Shown here: piece after piece, positions 1 to 9,130 of the stretch
How the letters are laid out: every line of letters starts with the position of its first letter
Position numbering within the stretch: position 1 is the first letter of the stretch
Assembly (NCBI GenBank): GCA_965220745.1
Contig: CBDCQT010000007.1
Coordinates: forward strand, 160,001-224,000
From: Alphaproteobacteria bacterium
GTDB taxonomy: Bacteria > Pseudomonadota > Alphaproteobacteria > UBA828
Length of the DNA stretch: 64,000 nt
Direction: 5' to 3'
Notes under the pieces: model-generated
Seen by the model: only the letters and a program-made list of their open reading frames with translations
The model's database searches: none
What the model was told of the DNA's origin: nothing
Position numbers and translations under genes: made by a program

Positions 1-1316
1 TCGGCGGTGCCCTCTTCCGGCTCCTTGCGCCCGAGGTAGTACTGCTCGCGGTACAGAAACATGACCACGTCCGCGTCCTGCTCGATGGAGCCCGACTCGC
101 GCAGGTCCGCGAGCTGCGGTCGCTTGTCGTCGCGCTGCTCCACCGCGCGGCTGAGCTGCGCCAGCGCCAACACCGGCAGGTCCAGGTCCTTGGCCAGCGC
201 CTTGAGGCCCTGCGTGATCTCCGAGACCTCTTGGACGCGGTTATTGAGCCGCACGCTCGTGGTCGGTCGCATGAGCTGCAAATAATCGACGACGATCAGC
301 GAGATGCCGTGGCGGCGCTTGAGGCGGCGGGCGCGGGCGCGAAGGCCCGCGATGGTGAGCGCAGGCGAATCGTCGATGAAGAGCGGCAGCCCTTCCATCG
401 CCTGACTGGCCTTGACGATCCTGATGAAGTCCACGTCCCGCACCTCGCCGCGCCGGAGCTTGTCCGACGAAATCTCGGTCTGCTCGGCGAGGACCCGTGT
501 CGCGAGCTGCTCGGCCGACATTTCGAGCGAGAAGAAGGCGACCTTGGCTCCGTCGGCCGCAGGCCCACCCTCTGTACCGGCGCGGTAGGTCGACGCGGCA
601 TTGAAGGATACGTTGGTCGCGAGCGCCGTCTTCCCCATGCCGGGGCGGCTCGCCAGGATGATCAGATCGGAGGCATGCAGCCCGCCAAGCAGGCGGTCGA
701 GATCGACGAATCCGGTCGGCGCGCCGGTGAGCCGACTGTCGCGCTGATAGGCCTGCTTGATCATCTCGACGGCGCTGGTCAGCGGCGCGGCGAACTGCTG
801 CCCGCCGGGATCGACGCGGCCCTCCTCGGCAAGTTGGTAGAGGCTGTGCTCGGCCGTTTCGATCTGCTCTGCCGCCGGCTGGTCGAGCGGCCCGTCGTAG
901 GCGTCGTTCACCACCTCTTCGCCGATGTTGACGAGGGAGCGGCGCAGCGCCAGGTCGTGGATTGCCCGGCCGTAGTGCTCGGCGTTGATCACCGTCACGG
1001 CGGAGCCGGCGAGCCGGGCCAGATACTGACCGCCGCCGGCCTCCTCCAGCGCCTCGTCTCGCTCGAAATAGTGCTTGAGAGTCACCGGGTTGGCGATCTG
1101 CCCACGCTCGACCATGCGGAGCACGGCGTCGTAGATGCGGCCATGCACCGGCAGGAAGAAATGCTCCGGCAGCAGAAAAGCGCTGACCAGGCTGGCGGCC
1201 TCGTTGTTGACCAGAAGCGCGCCGAGCAGCGCCTGCTCGGCTTCGAGGTTGCTGGGAGGAGAGCGATAGCTTGGCGTCTCGGCCGACGCCTCTTGGAGCG
1301 GGACTCGGGTGGCCAT
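1..1316 (-). CDS. dnaB: Replicative DNA helicase DnaB (3' end outside window)
   Basis: Translated by hand from ATG at 1316: MATRVPLQEASAETPSYRSPPSNLEAEQALLGALLVNN. Walker A ASRPGMGKT, FFSLEMS, IVVDYLQL and DLRESGSIEQDADVVMF are present. Absent from the ORF track because it runs off the window edge. Confidence 0.97.
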   Translation of the reverse strand, partial: MATRVPLQEASAETPSYRSPPSNLEAEQALLGALLVNNEAASLVSAFLLPEHFFLPVHGRIYDAVLRMVERGQIANPVTLKHYFERDEALEEAGGGQYLARLAGSAVTVINAEHYGRAIHDLALRRSLVNIGEEVVNDAYDGPLDQPAAEQIETAEHSLYQLAEEGRVDPGGQQFAAPLTSAVEMIKQAYQRDSRLTGAPTGFVDLDRLLGGLHASDLIILASRPGMGKTALATNVSFNAASTYRAGTEGGPAADGAKVAFFSLEMSAEQLATRVLAEQTEISSDKLRRGEVRDVDFIRIVKASQAMEGLPLFIDDSPALTIAGLRARARRLKRRHGISLIVVDYLQLMRPTTSVRLNNRVQEVSEITQGLKALAKDLDLPVLALAQLSRAVEQRDDKRPQLADLRESGSIEQDADVVMFLYREQYYLGRKEPEEGTA

Positions 1317-1382
1317 GACGGCACTATGACATGTGCGTAGCCGGCGGCTCTACACGGCTCCGCACGTGAAAATTGAGGATAT

Positions 1383-1493
1383 CGTGGATATTTCTTTCCA
1401 CGCTTTCCTTGTCCACAGACCGCTCGTTACGAGCAAAACCTGCTCGATCTTGGCCGATCCTGGCGATTGGGCTGTGAACAACACTGTGGAAAA
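1383..1493. promoter_or_regulatory. Cluster of DnaA-box-like 9-mers upstream of dnaB
   Basis: TTGTCCACA (1409-1417), TGTGAACAA (1473-1481) and TGTGGAAAA (1485-1493) are each one mismatch from TTATNCACA or its reverse complement. CGTGGATAT (1383-1391) and CTTTCCACG (1394-1402) are weaker matches. Confidence 0.65.
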
Positions 1494-1526
1494 CGGATCG
1501 AAACCGGCCCGCGGAGCCTCGCCTGC

Positions 1527-2741
1527 TCAGGTCGCGTGGGCGCGCTCCCAGTCCACCATGTAGTCGCGGGTCAGAGGCGCCGCATCCTGGCGGCGGGCGA
1601 GCTGGATCTGGGCCACCATGTGGTCCTGATGGCGGAAGGCGGCCTCCGAGCCCGCCAGGTAGAACTCCCACATTCGGCAGAAACGCTCGTCGTAGACCGC
1701 CTTCACCCGCTCCCGGTTCGCCCGGAAGTTGCGCGACCAGTGCTTGAGCGTGTCGGCGTAGTGCAGGCGCAGCATCTCCACGTCGAGGGACTTGAGCCCG
1801 GTCTGCTCCAGCGCGGCGAACACCTCGGAGAGCGAGGGGCAATAACCGCCGGGGAAGATGTACTTGCGCAGCCAGGGATTGGTGACGCTTGGCCCGTCCC
1901 AGCGGGCGATGGTGTGAAGCAGCGCGACGCCGTCCTCCTTGAGCAGGCGCTCCACCTTGCGGAAGAACTCGACGTAATGCTTGACGCCGACGTGCTCGAA
2001 CATGCCGACGGAGACGATCCGGTCGTAGGTGCCGGTGTCCTCGCGGTAGTCGCGCAGGTGAAAGGCCACGTGATCCTGGATGCCGAGCTTCTGGGCGCGC
2101 TCCGCGGCGTAGGCCTGCTGCTCTTTGGACAGGGTCAGCCCCGTCACGTTGGCGCCGGTCTTTTCGTGCAAGTAGATGCCGAGCCCGCCCCAGCCCGAGC
2201 CAATGTCCAGCACGCCGAGGCCGGGCCGGTCGAGCAGGAGCTTCGACGCGAGGTGACGCTTCTTGGCGTGCTGGGCCTGCTCCAGCGAGTGATTGGGCGT
2301 GTCGAAATAGGCGCAGGAATACTGGCGGTCCGGATCGAGGAAGAGGTCGTAGAGGTCGTCCGAGAGATCGTAGTGATGGGCCACGTTCTGCCGGGCGCGG
2401 CCGACGGGGTTGTGCTGCTGCAGCGGTCGGACCCATTGGGCGAGCCAGTTGCGCGCCTTGATCACCGCGTTCTCGTCGAGCAGATGGAGGTTCGCGCCGA
2501 CCAGGTGAAGGAAATCACGGATGGTCGCGTCGTCCTCCATCGTCAGTGTGCCGTCCATGTAGGCTTCGCCGACGACGAGGCGTGGGTTCAACAAGAGCTT
2601 CCAGTGGAGCGAGCGGTCGTGCAGCCGGATGGTGACGGTGTCCCCCGGCTCGCCTGCAAAGGTGTGAAGCTTGCCTCGCGCATCCACCACGCGAAGCGTG
2701 CCCCGCTTCATCAAGGTCCTGAGCAGGGGCGCAACCAGCAT
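1527..2741 (-). CDS. cfa: Cyclopropane-fatty-acyl-phospholipid synthase family SAM methyltransferase
   Basis: NVAHHYDL, QYSCAYF, LDIGSGWGG, SVGMFEHVG, YIFPGG and RMWEFYL motifs. Confidence 0.93.
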   Translation of the reverse strand: MLVAPLLRTLMKRGTLRVVDARGKLHTFAGEPGDTVTIRLHDRSLHWKLLLNPRLVVGEAYMDGTLTMEDDATIRDFLHLVGANLHLLDENAVIKARNWLAQWVRPLQQHNPVGRARQNVAHHYDLSDDLYDLFLDPDRQYSCAYFDTPNHSLEQAQHAKKRHLASKLLLDRPGLGVLDIGSGWGGLGIYLHEKTGANVTGLTLSKEQQAYAAERAQKLGIQDHVAFHLRDYREDTGTYDRIVSVGMFEHVGVKHYVEFFRKVERLLKEDGVALLHTIARWDGPSVTNPWLRKYIFPGGYCPSLSEVFAALEQTGLKSLDVEMLRLHYADTLKHWSRNFRANRERVKAVYDERFCRMWEFYLAGSEAAFRHQDHMVAQIQLARRQDAAPLTRDYMVDWERAHAT

Positions 2742-2756
2742 GGCACGGGGCCTCGA

Positions 2757-3440
2757 TTATTCAGCCTGGGCGCCGGCCGTGTCTTCGTCTGAGGGACTGT
2801 CCGCGTTGCCGGCACTTTCGGCTGATTCGGTTGCTTCGCCAGCGGCTTCGGCTGACTCGGTTGCCTCGCCGGCATCCGCCGTATCGGGTGCGTCTTCTGC
2901 TGCCGCGTCCGCGGCCTCGCCCTCTGCGGCTTCGTCCGCCTCGTCCTCCGCCTCATCGAGGATGGTGCCGCCGCGCGCTTGAATCTCAGCCTCCTCGGGC
3001 GAGCGAGCGACGTTGACCTTGACCGTCACCGTCACCTCCGGATGGAGCGCGATCCGCACGTCGTGGACGCCGAGCGCCTTGATCGGGCGGTCCAGACGCA
3101 CCTGCTGGCGCCGGACCTCGGCGCCGCGCTCGGCCATCGCCTCGGCGATATCACGCGCGCTGACGGAGCCGTAGAGTTGCAGCGTGTCGCTCGCCTGGCG
3201 GATGAGGATGATGCTCTCGCCCTCGAGCCGGACCGCGGCCGAGCCGGCGGCATCGCGCCGGTCGCTGTTGAGCTGCTCCAGCGCCTCGCGCTCCCGCTCG
3301 AAGCGCTGCATGTTCTCGGGCGTGGCCCGAAGAGCCTTCTTGCGGGGCAGAAGAAAGTTGCGGGCGTAGCCGTCCTTTACCCCGACGATATCGCCCATCC
3401 CGCCGAGCTTCTCGATCCTCTCGAGCAAGATGACTTCCAT
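2757..3440 (-). CDS. rplI: 50S ribosomal protein L9 with acidic Ala/Glu-rich C-terminal tail
   Basis: MEVILLERIEKLG...VKDGYARNFLLP and LYGSV; lies in the rpsF-rpsR-rplI operon. Confidence 0.98.
   Translation of the reverse strand: MEVILLERIEKLGGMGDIVGVKDGYARNFLLPRKKALRATPENMQRFEREREALEQLNSDRRDAAGSAAVRLEGESIILIRQASDTLQLYGSVSARDIAEAMAERGAEVRRQQVRLDRPIKALGVHDVRIALHPEVTVTVKVNVARSPEEAEIQARGGTILDEAEDEADEAAEGEAADAAAEDAPDTADAGEATESAEAAGEATESAESAGNADSPSDEDTAGAQAE
2817..2876. repeat. Imperfect 30-bp tandem duplication in the L9 tail
   Basis: ttcggctgattcggttgcttcgccagcggc followed by ttcggctgactcggttgcctcgccggcatc; encodes AGEATESAE twice. Confidence 0.85.
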
Positions 3441-3509
3441 GCCCCTGTTCCCCGCTTGGCGAATCGCCCGCCCCGCCGTACCGGTGCCGGGCGAAGACCG
3501 TTTGTCTAT

Positions 3510-3896
3510 CTACTTGATGACGTAGGGCAGCAGCGCCAGGTGGCGCGCGCGCTTGATCGCCCGTGCGAGCTCCCGCTGCTTCTTGGCCGAGACCGCGGTG
3601 ATGCGGCTCGGCACGATCTTGCCTCGCTCGGAGAGGAAGCGCTGAAGCAGCTTCACGTCCCGATAGTCGATCTTGGGCGCGTTGGGTCCGCTGAAGGGGC
3701 ACGACTTCTTGCGGCGGAAGAACGGCCGTCTCGGGAACGAGACCATTGGCACGCCTCCGCCGCCTCGGCCGCCGCCCGGACCACCGCCGTGGCGCGGTCC
3801 GCCGAAGGGATGCTGCCTGCGGCCATCGCCGGCCGGTGCCGGCCGGCTTGCACCGGCGGGCGGCGCGCTGCCCTCGGTCCGTTCGCCTTCAGCCAT
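3510..3896 (-). CDS. rpsR: 30S ribosomal protein S18 (Gly/Arg/Pro-rich N-extension; alternative start at 3746)
   Basis: [15 protein letters not shown]...[25 protein letters not shown]...[13 protein letters not shown]. Confidence 0.97.
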   Translation of the reverse strand: MAEGERTEGSAPPAGASRPAPAGDGRRQHPFGGPRHGGGPGGGRGGGGVPMVSFPRRPFFRRKKSCPFSGPNAPKIDYRDVKLLQRFLSERGKIVPSRITAVSAKKQRELARAIKRARHLALLPYVIK

Positions 3897-4464
3897 CGCT
3901 CTTCTCCTCGGCGGCGCTGTCTGCGGAGCTCACGCCCGCAGCGTCGCTCACGGGGGGCTCGCTTGCGGCAGTCTCGCTCGCAGCCTCCTTGGCGCTCGCT
4001 TCGGCAGCCGGCGCGGCGTCCTGACGCTCCCGACGCTCGCCCCGTTCGCCATCGCCCTCGCGGCGCCGGCCCTCGCCGTCGTCGTCCCGGCGGCGGCCCT
4101 CCCACCGGCCTCCGCGACCTCCGCGGCCATCGCGTCCGCGGCCGCGCGACTGGGTGAGCGGCGCCGGGTTGGGGTCGTGCTCGTCCACCCGCACCGTCAG
4201 GTAGCGGATGACGTCCTCGTTGATGCGCATCGTGTGCTCCATCGCGGAAATCGCTTCCGGCGGCGCATCGATGTTCATGAAGTAATAGTGGCCCTTGCGG
4301 TTCTTCTTGATGCGGTACGCAAGGCTGCGCAGGCCCCAATACTCGGTCTTGGCGATCTCGCCGCCGGCCTCCGTCAGAATCTCGCGGAACTGCTCGGCAA
4401 GGCCGTCCACCTGTTGGGACGAGATGTCGGGACGCGCGATAAATGTGCTCTCGTAGAGCGGCAT
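3889..4464 (-). CDS. rpsF: 30S ribosomal protein S6 with long low-complexity C-terminal tail
   Basis: [13 protein letters not shown]...[20 protein letters not shown]...[13 protein letters not shown]. Confidence 0.98.
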   Translation of the reverse strand: MPLYESTFIARPDISSQQVDGLAEQFREILTEAGGEIAKTEYWGLRSLAYRIKKNRKGHYYFMNIDAPPEAISAMEHTMRINEDVIRYLTVRVDEHDPNPAPLTQSRGRGRDGRGGRGGRWEGRRRDDDGEGRRREGDGERGERRERQDAAPAAEASAKEAASETAASEPPVSDAAGVSSADSAAEEKSDG

Positions 4465-4504
4465 GCGGCGCTGTTCTCCTGAGTGTCGGTCGCGGCGCGT
4501 AACA

Positions 4505-4578
4505 GGTCGCCCGCCCCGCTCTCCGGCAGGGCGGCTGACCCAGGCGGCGGACTATACATCATCATTCTTGCATCGCAA
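4505..4578 (-). promoter_or_regulatory. Putative sigma70 promoter and leader hairpin of the rpsF operon
   Basis: Minus strand TTGCGA-N16-TATAGT (4578-4551), then hairpin GGTCAGCCGCCCTGC-CGGAGA-GCGGGGCGGGCGACC (4540-4505) ahead of an AGGAG SD. Confidence 0.5.
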
Positions 4579-4671
4579 GCGGTGCCGCGGCCGGTTCGCT
4601 TGACAGGTCTCGGGCTGCGTGGTCAGTAGCGGCGCGCGCGTTGGGGTCGCGAAAGCGCAAGAGTCTCCCAC

Positions 4672-5616
4672 ATGACAACGGCCATCATCTTTCCCGGACA
4701 GGGCTCGCAGCAGGTCGGCATGGGCCGGGACCTGCACGATGCCTTTCCGGCTGCCCGCGCCGTGTTTCAGGAGGTGGATGAGGCGCTTGGCGAGCCTCTC
4801 TCGCGGCTCATCTTCGGAGGCGAGGAGAGCGATCTCACGCTCACGCGAAACGCGCAGCCCGCGCTCATGGCGGTCTCCATCGCCGTAATTAGGGCGCTCG
4901 AGGACGAAGGTGGCTGGCGGCTGTCCGATCGGGCGGCCTTCGTCGCCGGTCATTCGCTGGGCGAATACACGGCGCTCGCCGCCGCGGGCTGCCTGACGCT
5001 GGGCGATGCGGCGCGCTTGCTGCGCCTGCGGGGCGAAGCCATGCAGCAGGCGGTGCCGGTGGGTGCCGGCGCCATGGCCGCGCTGATCGGCGCCGATCTC
5101 GCCCAGGCCGAGGCGGTCGCCCAGGCGGCGGCCGAGGGCGAGGTCTGCGTCATCGGCAACGACAACGCGCCCGGCCAGGTCGTGGTGAGCGGTGCCGCGT
5201 CGGCGGTGGAGCGCGCGGTGGCGCTCGCGCCGGAGCACGGCATCAAACGCGCCGTGATGCTGCCGGTGAGTGCGCCCTTCCACTCGCCGCTGCTCAGCCC
5301 CGCGGCTGAGACCATGGCGGCGGCGTTCGAGACCGTCTCCTTTAGTCCGCTGGCCGTCCCGCTGGTCTCTAACGTGACCGCGTGCCCGGTGCACGACGCC
5401 TCCGAGGTGCCGGCGCTGCTGGTACGCCAGGTGACGGCGGTGGTGCGCTGGCGCGAGAGCGTGCTTCACATGGCGAGCGAGGGCGTGGATACGCTGATCG
5501 AGGTCGGCGCCGGCAAGGTGCTCACCGGGCTTGCGCGCCGCATCGACCGGAGCTTGAGCGCGAACGCGGTCGGCACGGTCGCGGACGTCGACGCCCTGCT
5601 GGGGCGGACGGTATAG
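4672..5616 (+). CDS. fabD: Malonyl-CoA:ACP transacylase
   Basis: FPGQGSQ, AGHSLGEY and VSAPFHS; TTGACA at 4600-4605 upstream. Confidence 0.97.
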   Translation: MTTAIIFPGQGSQQVGMGRDLHDAFPAARAVFQEVDEALGEPLSRLIFGGEESDLTLTRNAQPALMAVSIAVIRALEDEGGWRLSDRAAFVAGHSLGEYTALAAAGCLTLGDAARLLRLRGEAMQQAVPVGAGAMAALIGADLAQAEAVAQAAAEGEVCVIGNDNAPGQVVVSGAASAVERAVALAPEHGIKRAVMLPVSAPFHSPLLSPAAETMAAAFETVSFSPLAVPLVSNVTACPVHDASEVPALLVRQVTAVVRWRESVLHMASEGVDTLIEVGAGKVLTGLARRIDRSLSANAVGTVADVDALLGRTV

Positions 5617-5651
5617 GCGCGGCGGGCGTTAGCAACAGGGAGCGGCGAGGG

Positions 5652-6389
5652 ATGTTCGATTTGTCGGGAAAGGTGGCGCTGGTTACGGGCGCGTCGGGCG
5701 GCATCGGCAGCGCCATCGCCGAGGCCCTGCACCGCCAGGGGGCATCGGTGGCGCTCTCGGGCCGTCGCGCGGACGCGCTTGAGGCGCTCGCTGCAAAGCT
5801 CGGTGAGGGCGCGCAAGCGGTGCCCTGCGACTTGGCCGACCGCGACGCTCTCGCGGCGCTGCCCGAGCGGGCGGCGGAGGCGCTGGGCGCGCCCGCCATC
5901 CTGGTGCATTGCGGCGGAATCACCCGCGACGGGCTCGCGCTCCGCATGAAGGACGAAGACTGGCAGCAGGTGCTGGAGATCAATCTCAGTGCCGGTTTCG
6001 TACTCGCCCGCGCCTGTCTGCGCGGCATGATCCGCCAGCGCTGGGGCCGGCTGATCTTCATCACCTCGGTGGTGGGGACGACCGGCAACGCCGGGCAGGC
6101 GAACTATGCGGCGTCCAAGGCCGGCCTCGCCGGCATGGTGAAGGCGCTCGCCGCCGAGACAGCCGCGCGGGGCGTCACCGCCAACTGCGTCGCCCCAGGA
6201 TTCATCGAGACGGCGATGACCGACGCGCTGGCGGATACGCAGAAGGAGGCGCTGCTCGGTACGATCCCCGCCGGCCGCTTCGGCGAGGGGAGCGACGTCG
6301 CCGCCGCTTGCGTCTATCTCGCGAGCGAGGAGGCCCGCTACGTCACCGGGCAGACGCTCCACGTCAACGGCGGCATGGCGATGATCTAG
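5652..6389 (+). CDS. fabG: 3-oxoacyl-ACP reductase
   Basis: Start MFDLSGKVALVTGASGGIG; GQANYAASKAG and TGQTLHVNGGM; follows fabD. Confidence 0.96.
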   Translation: MFDLSGKVALVTGASGGIGSAIAEALHRQGASVALSGRRADALEALAAKLGEGAQAVPCDLADRDALAALPERAAEALGAPAILVHCGGITRDGLALRMKDEDWQQVLEINLSAGFVLARACLRGMIRQRWGRLIFITSVVGTTGNAGQANYAASKAGLAGMVKALAAETAARGVTANCVAPGFIETAMTDALADTQKEALLGTIPAGRFGEGSDVAAACVYLASEEARYVTGQTLHVNGGMAMI

Positions 6390-7330
6390 GCACGTTTGCG
6401 GCCCGGCTTGCCGGCGCGGATGGCGAGCACGCCGGCGACCACGATCAGAACCGCGCCGCCTCCCATGAGCCAGTCCACCCCCTCGCCCCAGAACAACCAG
6501 CCGAAGACAGCGGCGAAGACCACCGACGTGTAGATGAAGGTGCCGGCCCGGTCGGTCGGCGCGATCAGGCAGCCTTTCGCGAAGAGGACGTGGGCGGCGG
6601 TGGAGAACACGCCCAGCATGATCAGACCGGGCCAGGCCTCCGCCGGCGGCACGGTCGGGTTCATCAGCACCGGCGTGAGCGTCACGAGGATGCCGATCAG
6701 GGCGAAGTAGACCGCGATGCGGTACGGGCTCTCGTCCGCCGGCATGCGCCAGATGGCGACGGCTGAGAGACCGCCCAGCACGCCGGAGACAAGCCCGATC
6801 AGGGCCGCAAACTGGAAGAACTCCGTCCCCGGCTTGAGGATCAGGGCGACGCCTGCGAAGCCGATCAGCACCGCCGCCAGCACCCGGCCGTCGAGCGCGA
6901 AACGGAACAGCAGAAAACCCAAGACGGGCACGAAGATGGGCGAGCTGAAGTTGAGCAGCACCGCCTCGGCAAGCGGGAGTACGCTGACCGCGTGGTAGTA
7001 GCAGAGCAGCGCCGCGACCAAGGTGATCCCCCGCATCGCCATGAGCCCGCGATGCGCCGGGCGCATCGATCCGGGCCAGTGCCGGATGACCCAGGGCATG
7101 AGGATCGCGAGGCTCAGCACATTGCGCCAGAACAGCACCTCGAAGCTGGAAAGGCTCTCCTCCGCCATCTTGATGCCCATGCCGGCAAGGGCGAACATCA
7201 AGCCTGCGGCGGCCACGAGCGCAGAGCCCAGGAGCACCCGCCCGCGTCCGGGAACGATGCTCGATTCGGTCTGTTGATCGCTCATTTTCGGGTACGTGAC
7301 GGTGGGTTCGGTGCTTATCTCATGGCTCAC
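6386..7330 (-). CDS. DMT/EamA family transporter
   Basis: About 10 hydrophobic helices in two repeats (LPLAEAVLLNFSSPIF; IGFAGVALILKPG). Start uncertain. Confidence 0.88.
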   Translation of the reverse strand: MSHEISTEPTVTYPKMSDQQTESSIVPGRGRVLLGSALVAAAGLMFALAGMGIKMAEESLSSFEVLFWRNVLSLAILMPWVIRHWPGSMRPAHRGLMAMRGITLVAALLCYYHAVSVLPLAEAVLLNFSSPIFVPVLGFLLFRFALDGRVLAAVLIGFAGVALILKPGTEFFQFAALIGLVSGVLGGLSAVAIWRMPADESPYRIAVYFALIGILVTLTPVLMNPTVPPAEAWPGLIMLGVFSTAAHVLFAKGCLIAPTDRAGTFIYTSVVFAAVFGWLFWGEGVDWLMGGGAVLIVVAGVLAIRAGKPGRKRA

Positions 7331-7532
7331 AGGCCGGCTTCAGGCTTGAATTTGCGCTCGTGCCGGCACCCTCTTCCGAGCGTATGGAGTATCGCCAAGA
7401 AATGTGTTACCTAGCGCCGCGTCCGCCCGTCCGCGCGGCACGGTCCGCTCGCGATTCGGGAGCCGCACGGGGCCGCCGTCCGCCGGTTGAGACCGGCGTA
7501 GCCGTTCACGCAGTCCGACGAGGGAAGGTTAC

Positions 7533-7772
7533 ATGAGCGATAACGATATCGCCGCGCGCGTCAAGAAGATCGTCGTCGATCACCTTGGCATCGAAGAGGA
7601 AAAGGTGACCGAGAATGCGAGCTTCATCGACGATCTCGGTGCGGACAGTCTCGATACGGTCGAGCTCGTGATGGCCTTCGAGGAGGAGTTCGGCTGCGAA
7701 ATACCTGATGACGCCGCCGAGAAGATCCTCACGGTGAAGGACGCCATCGACCACATCGAGCAGATCACCTGA
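7533..7772 (+). CDS. acpP: Acyl carrier protein
   Basis: [21 protein letters not shown] phosphopantetheine motif. Confidence 0.98.
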   Translation: MSDNDIAARVKKIVVDHLGIEEEKVTENASFIDDLGADSLDTVELVMAFEEEFGCEIPDDAAEKILTVKDAIDHIEQIT

Positions 7773-7841
7773 CGGGGCGGCCAGAGGGGCCGATGGCGCG
7801 GACACAGCCTGCGCAAGACCCCGACAGCTGGAGAGCAGTGA

Positions 7842-9119
7842 ATGCGCACCGCTGACCCGGCGCGCAGAGTGGTGGTCACCGGTGTCGGCATGGTGTCGCC
7901 GCTGGCGAACGGTGTTCGCCTGAGCTGGGAGCGGCTCGTCGAAGGCCGCTCGGGCATCGCGCAAATCGAGGGCTTTGATCCCAGCGATCTGCCAGTCAAG
8001 ATCGCGGGCGAGATTCCCTCCGGCGACGATGAGGGCGGCTTCCACGCGGCCGATATCGTATCCACCAAGGACCTGCGCAAGATGGACGATTTCATCGTCT
8101 ATGCGCTCTGTGCTGCGGTGGAGGCGGTGGAAGATTCGGGCTGGATGCCCGACGACGAGGAGAGCCTGGAGCGGACCGGCGTGATGATCGGCTCCGGCAT
8201 CGGCGGGCTCAAGACCATCGAGGCGGCGACGGTCCTTGTAGACGAGAAGGGCCCGAGGCGGCTCAGCCCGTTCTTCATTCCGTCGAGCCTCATCAATCTG
8301 GCCTCGGGCCATGTCTCGATTCGATACGGCTTTCGCGGGCCCAATCATTCGGTCGTGACCGCGTGCTCGACGGGGGCGCACGCGATCGGCGATGCCTCGC
8401 ATCTCATCCTTCGCGGCGATGCGGACGTCATGGTCGCCGGCGGGGCGGAGGCAGGCGTCTGCCATATCGGGGTCGCGGGTTTCGCGGCGGCCCGCGCGCT
8501 CTCCACCAGTTTCAACGACGCACCAGAGCGCGCATCCCGCCCCTGGGACGAGGCACGCGACGGCTTCGTGATGGGCGAGGGCGCGGGCGTGGTCGTGCTG
8601 GAGGAATACGAGCACGCGAAAAGGCGAGGCGCCACCATCTACGCCGAGATCATCGGCTACGGTATGAGCGGCGATGCCCATCACGTGACCGCGCCGGCGC
8701 CGGACGGCTCCGGCGGCTACCGCTCCATGGCCCACGCACTCAGGACTGCGGAGCTCAACACCGACGAGATCGACTACATCAACGCGCACGGCACCTCGAC
8801 TCCGCTCGGCGACGAAATCGAGCTCGGCGCGGTCAAGCAGCTCTTCGGCGAGGACGCCGGGCGGCTCTCGATGTCGTCGACCAAGTCGTCGATCGGGCAT
8901 CTGCTCGGCGCCGCCGGCAGCGTGGAGCTGATCTTTTCCATCCTCGCCATCAACGACGGCGTGGTCCCGCCGACGCTCAATCTCGACAATCCCTCGCCGG
9001 GCTGCGATCTCGATCTGGTCCCGCACGAGGCCAAGGAGCGCAAGGTCGAGCGGGCGCTGTCGAACTCCTTCGGGTTCGGCGGCACCAACGCCACGGTCAT
9101 CGTAGGCCGGCCCTCCTAG
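7842..9119 (+). CDS. fabF: Beta-ketoacyl-ACP synthase II
   Basis: VTACSTGAHAIG, YINAHGTST, GHLLGAAG and SNSFGFGGTN. Confidence 0.97.
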   Translation: MRTADPARRVVVTGVGMVSPLANGVRLSWERLVEGRSGIAQIEGFDPSDLPVKIAGEIPSGDDEGGFHAADIVSTKDLRKMDDFIVYALCAAVEAVEDSGWMPDDEESLERTGVMIGSGIGGLKTIEAATVLVDEKGPRRLSPFFIPSSLINLASGHVSIRYGFRGPNHSVVTACSTGAHAIGDASHLILRGDADVMVAGGAEAGVCHIGVAGFAAARALSTSFNDAPERASRPWDEARDGFVMGEGAGVVVLEEYEHAKRRGATIYAEIIGYGMSGDAHHVTAPAPDGSGGYRSMAHALRTAELNTDEIDYINAHGTSTPLGDEIELGAVKQLFGEDAGRLSMSSTKSSIGHLLGAAGSVELIFSILAINDGVVPPTLNLDNPSPGCDLDLVPHEAKERKVERALSNSFGFGGTNATVIVGRPS

Positions 9120-9130
9120 CGCGGCGGGCG

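Noticed and set aside
1383-1526. DnaA-box cluster as the replication origin
   Set aside because: No extended AT-rich unwinding element and no typical oriC neighbours; a regulatory role fits better.
1527-2741. cfa between rplI and dnaB as an unusual insertion
   Set aside because: This order is common in alphaproteobacteria.
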